Assembly: GCA_964016885.1 (NCBI GenBank)
Contig: OZ024742.1
Span: 368,714,001-368,778,000 of the forward strand
DNA length: 64,000 nucleotides
Reading direction: 5' to 3'
Source: Eledone cirrhosa
Lineage: Eukaryota
The position numbers and the translations under genes are program-made. The notes beneath the pieces are model-generated. The model was not told where the DNA came from and searched no databases. It worked only from the letters and a program-made list of their open reading frames with translations. Positions 54,039 through 62,915 of the stretch are shown here, in pieces. The first letter of the stretch is position 1. Each line of letters begins with the position of its first letter.

Positions 54039-57000
54039 GCCCAAAACTCCAAGTTGGTACCATCAATGTAAGCACAATGAAAGGAAGAGCAGGAGAAATC
54101 GTAGAGATGCTAGAGCGAAAGGAAATAGATGTATGCTGTGTGCAAGAGACTAGATGGAGAGGAGACTCTGCTAGAGTCCTTGTAGGAAAAAGTCAGTGCT
54201 ACAAATTTTTCTGGGTGGGAAGTGACAATGGGATGGGTGGTGTAGGTATCCTACTAGCTGACAAGTGGGTAGATAAGATAATCTCAGTGAACAGGGTGAA
54301 TGCAAGAATCATTAAACTCAGACTAGTCCTGAATTACCACAATAATATCAGCTTAATAATCGGGGTTGCCAGACGAACTTAAGGATAGGTTTTACGAGTC
54401 CCTAATGCACACTACTGCTCTAACAAATGACAATGACTTCCTAATCATTGCAGATTTTAACGGACATGTAGGTAACACCATGACGGCTTCTATAGAGTCC
54501 ATGGAGGCCTTGGGGTTGGCACAAGAAATGAAGAAGGATTCAGGCTTCTAGAGTTCTGCGACGCCAATGACATGTCGATATATAACACAAACTTCAAAAA
54601 ACCCGACAACCACCTGATCACCTATAGATCAGGGGAGCATCCTAGTCAGATAGATTTTATCCTCATCAGAGGACGTGACAGATAGACGGTCGTAAACACA
54701 AAAGCCTTCCCTAGTGAGGAATGTACCTCCCAACATAGCTTAGTTGTTAGCGACCTCACGGTCAGAACTAGACGAACCTGGAAACAGAGGCCAACCTGGA
54801 GAAGATCTGGAAGCTCAAAGACCCCTCAGCCAGTAACAGATTTAAAGATATTTTACTCAACGCCTACGACACTAAAGAAGAACAGATAGAGACATTCAAT
54901 GTCGAAGAGCACTGGGAGTTCCTAAAATAAACTTACTAGAGGTGATGGATGAGATCTGTGGCTGGAGTAAGACCACAAGCAGGAGGAGAGTGACTTGGTG
55001 GTGGAACAATAAGGTAGATGAGGCAGTTAAGGCCAAAAGACAGGCATGGAAAGAATGGAAGAACGGGGGAAGCAGGGTACATTACATAGAGACCAGGGGG
55101 GAAGCTAGGCGACAAGTATACTTAGCTAGGAAGGAAGCAGAGGATAGAACATTCAAGCATGTTTTGCAATGTGAGGACCAGAAACAGGAGGTGTTCAAGA
55201 TTGCGAGGCAGTGTGTCAGAGAGAATTGTGATGTCATTGGAGAGAAGTGTATCCGGAATGATAAAGGTGAGCTTGCCTTCACAAGTGCTGAGAAGATGCA
55301 TGAAAGAGCCATTATGATAGATTACTAAATGAGGAGAATGCATGGGAAGAAGAGACCCTACCCCAAGTAGACCCTATAGAGGGGCCAGCAGTACAAGTCA
55401 GAAGCAACGTAGTAAGTAAGGCAATCAAAGATATGAAGATGGGGAAGGCAACCGGTCCATCGGGTATAGCTGCCGAGATGCTGAAGGCATCTGGGTTGGT
55501 AGGTCACACCATAACCACACGTATTGTTAACCAAGTAATACTAGAAGGTGTCATACCAAAAGATTGGTGCAGTAGCATCATTGTCAACTGCTACAAAGGT
55601 AAAGCACTAGATAGAGGAAACTATAGAGGTATAAAGCTGATGGACCAGGTCATGAAAGTAACAGAAAGAGTTATAGCACAGTTGATTAGGGACCGGGTGA
55701 AACTAGATGAGATGCAATTTGGGTTTGTGCCAGGAAGAGGCACCACTGATGCCCTCTTCCTTGTGAGGCAGTTACAGGAAAAGTACCTAGCTAAAAGTAA
55801 GCCACTCTACCTGGGATTCGTCGATCTCAAGAAAGCCCTTGACAGAGTTTCCCGTGCTATAATCTGATGGGCTCTTAGAAAACCAGGAGTAGACGAATGG
55901 CTTGTGAAAGCTGTACAGGCCATGTATAGGGGAGCAGTCAGCAAAGTTAGGATTAGCAATGAGTATAGCGAGGAATTTAGTGTACAGGTCGGTGTCCACC
56001 AGGGCTCTGTTCTTAGCCCTCTCCTGTTCATCATAGTCCTGCAGGCAATAACGGAGGAGTTTAAGACCGGATGCCCATGGGAACTCCTGTATGCTGATGA
56101 CCTCGCACTTATAGCTGAATCTATAGTAAAACTAAAGAAGAAATTCCAAACTTGGAAGCAGGGACTAGAAAGAAAAGGTCTCAAAGTCAACCTGACAAAG
56201 ACTAAGGTCCTTGTAAGTAGACAAGAAAACAGAACCCAGATCCCATCAGGGAAATGGCCTTGGTCAGTATGTAGGAAAGGTGTAGGTAGGAACTCCATTC
56301 TCTGCCCCAAATTCAAACAATGTGTACACAAGTGATGTTGCGGGATCTCAGGAGGTAGGCTTCACATGCAGCAGCTGTGCTGGGACAGCAAGCAACAAAC
56401 AGCCACAGGAAACAAGTACCACCAAACTCTGGGAGGGTTCTGTAGAAACAGTAGACAGCTTCTGCTACCTAGGTGACCGAATTAGCAGCGGAGGTAGGTG
56501 TTCGGAAAGTACAATAACTAGGGTAAGAACGGGATGGAAGAAGTTCAGGGAGCCACTGCTAGCTGCAAAAGGCTTTTCCCTCAAAATGAAAGGCAGACTG
56601 TATGATGCGTGTATCCGAACAGCGATGTTACATGGTAGTGAGACCTGGGCGCTGTCTGTAGAAGACTTGCATAGATTAGAAAGAAACCAAGCTTGCATGC
56701 TCCGGTGGATGTGTAATAGTAATATACGCGAACGGCAAAGCATAAATGAATTGAGAGAGAGACTGAGCATAAGAGGAATCAAATGGTGTGTGCAGGAGAG
56801 GTGGTTGCGGTGGTATGGACATGTGAAGCGTATGAAGGATGATAGCTGCATAAAATGGTGCAGAGCACTAGAAGTCGATGGAAATCGCAGAGTGGGGAGA
56901 CCCAAGAAGACTTAGGATGAGGTGATAAAAGCCGACCGTACTCAATTACACCTCTCAAAGGCGATGACATACGACCGTGACCTCTGGTGTCACGCAGTAA

Positions 57001-57346
57001 TACAGAAGACCTGACCCCCCACGGGTACAAGCCGAAACTGAAGCATATAGACAATATGTCTCCACACCCTCCGACTGCAAAGTGGTCGTGGAGGTGCCAC
57101 GGCAAAAAAGCACTCAGCCCACACTGTAGAGTGGATGTGTAGGCGCCATGGAAAAAAAAGCACCCAGCACTCACTGTAAATGAGGTTGGTGTTAGGAAGG
57201 GCATCCAGCTGTAGAAATCAAGCCAGAATCGGTTCCCGTAGGAGCAAGACAAGGTCAGCCGACCGGACACTGCCCACAACAGGACAACCCGTCTAACCCA
57301 TGCTAGCATCGAAGGACGGACGTAAAACGGTGATGATGATGATGAT
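54039..57346 (+). mobile_element. Near-full-length RTE-clade non-LTR retrotransposon (APE endonuclease + reverse transcriptase), inactivated by frameshifts and stops
   Basis: APE motifs GTINV, VQETRW, GVG, DFNGHVG, SQIDFIL; RT motifs NYRGIKL, QFGFVPGRGTTDA, FVDLKKA, GVHQGSVLSPLLF, LLYADD (~56085-56101), FCYLG; RTE-type C-terminus RWYGHVKRM...GRPKKT; ~330-bp 3' UTR ending in (GAT)n; (TA)n on both flanks. Confidence 0.97.
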
Positions 57347-57354
57347 ATATATAT

Positions 57355-57609
57355 CGACATCGTGTAGGTGTCATGACAAAAATACACACATTCCACGTTG
57401 TAATGTGGCCGTGTAGGTACACAGTAAAAAGTTCCCAGTTCCACACTGTAAATGTGGTTGGTGTTAGGAAGGGCATCCAGCCATAGAAAACCTGCCAGAT
57501 AGTCCTATATGAGCGAGACATGGTCACCCGACCAACCTTGCCTCAAGTGGGACAACTCCCGTCTAACCCATGCTAGCGTGGAAGATGGACGTTAAACGAA
57601 GATGATGAT

Positions 57610-57611
<2 letters not shown>
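57355..57611 (+). mobile_element. Isolated RTE 3' UTR/tail (same type as 52765-53020)
   Basis: GTAGGTGTCATGACAAAAA...GGAAGGGCATCCAGCC...GGACGTTAAACG(GAT)n between (TA)n tracts. Confidence 0.9.
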
Positions 57612-57656
<45 letters not shown>

Positions 57657-57662
<6 letters not shown>

Positions 57663-57960
57663 AAGACTGATAAGTTTCAAAAAGCCAGTAAAATGTGGTA
57701 GAAATATACAAAGGGTAATTGATGACAAAACAAAGCAATGTTTTACCCAGGATGTTTCAACATATTTCAGGGCTATTCTTTAAGGAAGAACATATTTGTT
57801 TTGTTTTGAACTGTTTCAGCTCCGCATTTGAAAAGGGGTGATAACCCTGAAATATGTTGAAATTTACTGGGTAAAACATTGCTTTGTTTTGTCATCATTT
57901 GCCCTTTGTATATTTCTACCACATTGTACCGGCTTTTGGAAACTTATCAGTCTTTTATTA
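57657..57960. mobile_element. Foldback/MITE-like element with ~115-bp terminal inverted repeats inside (TA)n
   Basis: 57661-57776 is the near reverse complement of 57841-57958, with a ~65-bp spacer and TA repeats on both sides. Confidence 0.85.
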
Positions 57961-58032
57961 TATATATATATATGTAGTAAGAAAAGAGTCCTAACATGTC
58001 AGATACTAGTCCTTTTATATTTGTTTATTTAT

Positions 58033-58406
58033 ATCATCATCACCGTTTTACGTCCGTTCTTCCACGTTAGCATGGGTTAGACGGGTTGTCCTGTCTGCTG
58101 ACCTTGTCTTGCTCATACGGGAACTGATTCTGGCTTGATTTCTACAGCTGGATGCCCTTCCTAACACCAACCTCATTTACAGTGAGTGCTGGGTTTTTTT
58201 TTTCCATGGCACCTCCACGTCCACTTTGCAGTGGAATGATAGGGACCCCGGTCCCTATCATCTCATTTCTACAGCTGAGTAAACTGGAGCAATGTCAAAT
58301 AAAGTGTCTTGTTAAAGGAAACAACACATCACCTGATCTGAGAATTGAACTCACAACCTTTCGATTGCAAGGCCAATACTTTAACCACTAAGCCATGCGC
58401 CTTCAC
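58033..58406 (-). mobile_element. Complete composite SINE: tRNA head, central domain and RTE-derived 3' tail
   Basis: Minus strand A-box TGGCTTAGTGG, B-box GAGTTCAATTC, central CAAGACACTTTATTTGACATTGCTCCAGTTTACTCAGCTG, tail matching 57075-57346. Confidence 0.88.
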
Positions 58407-58420
58407 CCTTATATATATAT

Positions 58421-58664
58421 CATCATCATCATCATCGTTTAACATCCATCTTCCACGCTTGCATGGGTCTGGACGGGAGTTTTCCCACTTGAGGCAAGAT
58501 TGGTTGTCCTGCTTGTATAGGACTGTCTGGCGGGTTTTCTACGGTTGGATGCCCTTCCTAACACCAACCACGTTTACAGTGTGGACTGGGAAGTTTTTAC
58601 CGTGTTACCTACACAGCCACATTACAGCATGGACTGTGTGTTTTTTTGTCGTGACACCTACACG
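58421..58664 (-). mobile_element. Isolated RTE 3' UTR/tail
   Basis: Close match to 52775-53018; (CAT)n next to (TA)n. Confidence 0.9.
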
Positions 58665-58960
58665 TCTGGCGGGTTTTCTATATATATATCATCATCATCA
58701 CCATTTTATGTCCATTCTTCAATGAGTTAGACGGAAATATATATATATATATATGTAGTAATAATCTGTTATTTGAATAAATTATAAATATATATATATA
58801 TATACATATATATTCGTCTAACCCATGCTAGCATGGGAAAATGGTCGTAAAACAGTGATGATGATATACACACACACATATATATTTTCCCACAAGCATT
58901 AAACTAATACTTTTTGTAATCATCCTTTTATTTTTCGACCTTCGACTATATATATATAAA

Positions 58961-59174
58961 CAGTCAATTGACTTTTGTCAAATCCGACTGAGCAAACAAT
59001 GTTTGCATTGATCTTTCCAATTGCTAATACTATCTGCCGTCACAACTCCCGGTAGAAGGAGCAACCTGAAATAAAGTGTCTTGCTCAAGGACATAACAAA
59101 TCGCCCAGTCCTGTAAATTGAACTCACAACCTCACCATTGCGAAACCAATTCGCTAACCACTCAGCCATGCGTT
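58961..59174 (-). mobile_element. tRNA-derived SINE with the same central domain but a different tail
   Basis: A-box TGGCTGAGTGG, B-box-like GAGTTCAATT, GTCCTTGAGCAAGACACTTTATTTCA; homologous to 61575-61743. Confidence 0.85.
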
Positions 59175-59375
59175 ATTTATATATACACACACCCATACTA
59201 AAGCACCTCTATTAAATGTGCTATATTGATAAACATGAGATGATGTTGTTATGTTGCCCTAAGAACCAAGGATGGTTGAGCTGATACCACAACAGATTAG
59301 TAGTGAAGAGGCTCAACGTTTATAGTCACTGTCAATATTATCTTTGATCTTTATATTGCGCCATTCCAATCACTT

Positions 59376-59556
59376 TTAACCCTTTTGATACCAAACCACT
59401 TGTAACTTCTTCTCGTTCTATATATACTACAAAACTGTTTTAAGGTGTGTAGATGTTTATCTAAAAAAATACTTCCATCAAAATATTATGTATGAACCTT
59501 TGTTAAGTTTCCAAACATCAATTTAATAATGACAAAGTTAGTTATATTACTAAATT
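59376..59556. mobile_element. Partial TTAA-CCCTTT MITE (opposite end to the 49766 fragment)
   Basis: Begins TTAACCCTTTTGATACCA; the distal part TAATAATGACAAAGTT...TTACTAAAT resembles the reverse complement of 49838-49865. Confidence 0.5.
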
Positions 59557-59575
59557 TGCCTTTAAGCAAATCTGT

Positions 59576-59838
59576 GCCAAATTCCACTCGTTTAGCCACC
59601 TACTTTACCAACCACAGGGTGAACTCAGCCAAGATATAGTTGCCCAAATTATACTGGTTTAGCCACCCCTTCCAACAACCACAGGGTGAACACATCCAAG
59701 ACATAGTTGCCCAAATTCCACTGGTCTAGCCACCCACTTAACCAGCCACAGGGTGGACTTATCCAAGTTATAGTTGCCCAAATTCTGCTGGTTTAACCAC
59801 CCATTCCAATAGCCACGGGGTGGACTCAAAGACGTAGT
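59576..59838. repeat. 67-bp minisatellite, about 4 copies
   Basis: TAGTTGCCCAAATT at 59637, 59704 and 59771. Confidence 0.9.
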
Positions 59839-60106
59839 CACACCTAAGCCCCTCTGAGGATGGTGTAAACAGAGAGAGGTCCTAACAGTTTATACACTCA
59901 ATACAGATATTGAGCTAATGTCGGGTCCTTCCATACAAGGGTGGGCTGAAATGTTCTTAGGTTGACTATAAAGGAATGATGATAGAGCTGTGAAATCTTG
60001 CATGCATTAATTTTAACTCTTATAAATAACAGCATTGTTTCTTTCCGGGTAAACTAACATGTTGGAAAATAAACCTCATTCGGTCATAATCCATGAGAGT
60101 ATCATG

Positions 60107-60294
60107 GTCAGCCTATATGATGTCTGCCATTGGAACCATTGCTGGCTGACAATGTCAGCCTATATGGTGTCTGCCATTGGAACCATTGCTGGCTGACAAT
60201 GTAAGCCTATATGGTGTCTGCCATTGGAACCATTGCTGGCTGACAATGTCAGCCTATATGGTGTCTGCCATTGGAACCATTGCTGGCTGACGAT
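60107..60294. repeat. 47-bp minisatellite, 4 near-identical copies
   Basis: GTCAGCCTATATGGTGTCTGCCATTGGAACCATTGCTGGCTGACAAT at 60107, 60154, 60201 and 60248. Confidence 0.97.
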
Positions 60295-60629
60295 ATCTCC
60301 ATCAGATGTCTATGATTGCCATACATGGCTAGCATCTGTTCACAATACTGTGATTGCATTGCTTGGAGCTATGTTATAATGTCATTGGTTGGTAATATCT
60401 GCCTTAGATGTCTGTGAAAGCCATGTATAGGCAGCCTTTGTTTGTGGAGCTGTGGTTGTACCACTTAGGGCTGGCTTAACCCAACCTGGGTGAACAACAC
60501 TGATACAAGTACAAATAAGTAGTCTCACTTAGAAGTAAATAAGGTTAATCACTAGTTGATAGCACTGACTCAATTATATAAATATTGTTGTCTCTGATCA
60601 AGACGAAGCAAGAGTGCATCTGAATATAT

Positions 60630-60836
60630 ATAGAAATGAGAAAACTCATATCTAGAACAGCCAAATGCTGTCAATGACAGTGATGGGCAAAAATGCCTTG
60701 GAAGACAGAAATCAGAGCCAAATGCTCTCTCTGCCGACCACTAGCCACTGGTCTCTGTCCTCTGAGGCATTTTTGCCCATTGCTGTCATTAAGAGCATTT
60801 AGCTATTCTAGCGATGAGTTTTCTCATTTTTCTATG
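60630..60836. mobile_element. Foldback/MITE-like element with ~85-bp imperfect inverted arms
   Basis: TAGAAATGAGAAAACTCAT...ATGGGCAAAAATGCCT mirrored by AGGCATTTTTGCCCAT...ATGAGTTTTCTCATTTTTCTA. Confidence 0.8.
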
Positions 60837-61053
60837 AATTCAATTATATAACATCAAATACTTTAAGTATGAACAAGCATCAATATTGAAATTCTGAGGA
60901 TAATCTTGGTTGATGGAATTTTATTTGTCACTATCATGTACAGTGCTCCCCCCTCACACTTTCACCTCTACCTTTTGTTGACACACAACATCAGAGCAGA
61001 ATTTCTTTCCCAGCTCCTATATCTGTGTGGCTGCTTTAATCTAACCAACTTAC

Positions 61054-61189
61054 TTAGTAAATATGCTTCACCGAGGAAATGTAATAAGTTTGAAACATGT
61101 CCATTATTTTCATCAAGTTTTGAAACATCAGAGGAGGCAATATTTTCCAGATATGTATATCTAACTTTTATGTTATTTATATTGAACAG
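61054..61189 (-). CDS. Candidate exon LFNINNIKVRYTYLENIASSDVSKLDENNGHVSNLLHFLGEAYLL
   Basis: Lies in a ~78-codon stop-free frame; CTAAC...CCAG acceptor, GTAAGT donor (alternative donor after 60972); no homology recognised. Confidence 0.4.
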
Positions 61190-61574
61190 CTGGTGGTAAA
61201 CTAGTTAGTGGAGAAATCTTTCTAATCAATACCAAGAAATTTCTATGTCGAATGTTACATTTATGCTAAAAGGTAAATTGAACTAATTGATTTTTTTTCT
61301 TTTTGTCAGATAATTTTTTTGTCAGACGATATATGACTAAGTCATCTGTTAATGTTACTGAATGAAGTTTTTTTTAACAATTATAGGTTGTTGTTGTTGT
61401 TGTACCTTATATACCTTGTAGGTTTAGTCGGCCCCCCACGAGGCTGCATCTCATACAAAGTTTCTTTGATATGTTCATGATAGTCATCTTACTTTACATA
61501 TATGTGTTTGTGTGTGTGTGCATGCGTGCATGCGTGCATGTGTATATACATATATATATATATATATGAGTTAA

Positions 61575-61743
61575 GACGCGTGGCTGAGTGTTAAAAGAAT
61601 TCCTGGACCGAGGAATGCGTTATGTCCTTAAGCAAGACACTTTATTTCACGTTGCTCTTTCTACCTGGAGTTGCGACCGATAGAAAGACCAACGGAAACA
61701 TTGTTTCCTCGGTCAAATTTGACGAAAGTCGATCAACTGTCGA
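61575..61743 (+). mobile_element. SINE, internally deleted copy of the 58961-59174 family
   Basis: GCGTGGCTGAGTG head, CAAGACACTTTATTTCACGTTGCTC core, TTTGACGAAAGTCGATCAACTGT tail before (TA)n. Confidence 0.8.
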
Positions 61744-61768
61744 TATATATATATATATATATATATTT

Positions 61769-62063
61769 ATGAGTTCAATTCTCAGACCAGGTGATGTGTT
61801 GTTTCCTTGAGCAAGACACTTTATTTCACATTGCTCCAGTTTACTCAGCTGTAGAAATGAGATGATAGGGACTGGGGTCCCTATCATTCCACTGCAAAAT
61901 GGTTGTGGAGGTGCCACGGCAAAAAAGCACCCAGCACTCACTGTTAATGAGGTTGGTGTTAGGAAAGGCATCCAGCTGTAGAAATCAAGCCAGAATCAGT
62001 TCCTGTCCCACCCTTGCAAGCAGGGAGATGTGGACGTAAAATGATGTTGATGATGATGATGAT
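61769..62063 (+). mobile_element. 5'-truncated composite SINE with RTE tail (family of 58033-58406)
   Basis: Starts at B-box GAGTTCAATTC; same core and GATAGGGAC/GTCCCTATC hairpin; ends in (GAT)n before TA repeats. Confidence 0.88.
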
Positions 62064-62367
62064 ATATATACATATATAAACCAGGATCGATTCATTTTGA
62101 AACTGGTTAAACCGTTATTCACCAGAGTAATCGATATATAGCAGAGTATGGCTATATTATAAAGAGTCAGGACCTGACGGCTGAGCTGTTGCTGTTTCAA
62201 CAGCTATTTCCAGACTGATTGCCGAAGTATTTAGCAGTTTACTGGCTGTATCAGGAGAGTAGTTTGTCCAAATAAGGGCATACATTATTTATGCAATTGT
62301 AAATTCTCTTCATATAACTTTATTATTATTATTATTTGGTGTGATTTAGTAATATTGCTATTAATAA

Positions 62368-62888
62368 ATGGGTTGGCTGTAATCGGTAGAGCGTCAGACA
62401 ACATGGTTTGTGGCATAGAATTATGTCCCTTTATATTGTGTTCAAATCCTGCTGAAGTTAGATTTGCATTTCATCGTTAATAAAATAATGTACCAGTAAT
62501 GCACTGAGTCAATTTAATCGACTTTCCCTGCCCCAAAAGCTGCTTGCCTTGTGCCTAAACCAAAAACAATTATTGCCGAGGTTAACTTTGCTTTTCATCC
62601 TTTCGGGGTCGATAAAATAGAGTACCAGTAATGCCCTGAGTAATTACTGGCCTTGTGCCAAATGTAAAAATTATTATTATTATTTTTACCATTATTCCAA
62701 GTGTACTTAGTTCTCAGACTAGTGATATTTTATCTCCCAACCAAGTCAAATGACTTCAGATTGAAAACACTTTGCACAGAATGTTCAAAGTTCCCAACAA
62801 CGCACCAGTAATGTACTGGGGTCAATTTAATTGAATTTCCCCTCAACCAGAATTATTGCCCTAGTGCCTAGATCAGTAACTATTATTA
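62368..62888 (+). mobile_element. Cluster of one SINE and two extra 3' portions (49881 family)
   Basis: TGGCTGTAATCGGTAGAGCG head; ACCAGTAATG...TGTGCC/AGTGCC tail segments near 62490, 62623 and 62805. Confidence 0.75.
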
Positions 62889-62915
62889 AGAGGGTATTTG
62901 AATTTAACTAAAAGA

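Noticed and set aside
53438-57527. Antisense ORFs over the RTE elements (53438+, 55807-, 56465-, 56779-)
   Set aside because: Shadow frames of LINE coding sequence and UTR.
58330-59174. tRNA genes at A/B-box sequences
   Set aside because: No complete cloverleaf; they continue into SINE core and tail sequence.
47922-62200. Other short ORFs of 60-126 aa (e.g. MPFLTPT..., IYIYIY...)
   Set aside because: They derive from SINE/RTE tails, microsatellites or AT-rich chance frames, with no recognisable domains.
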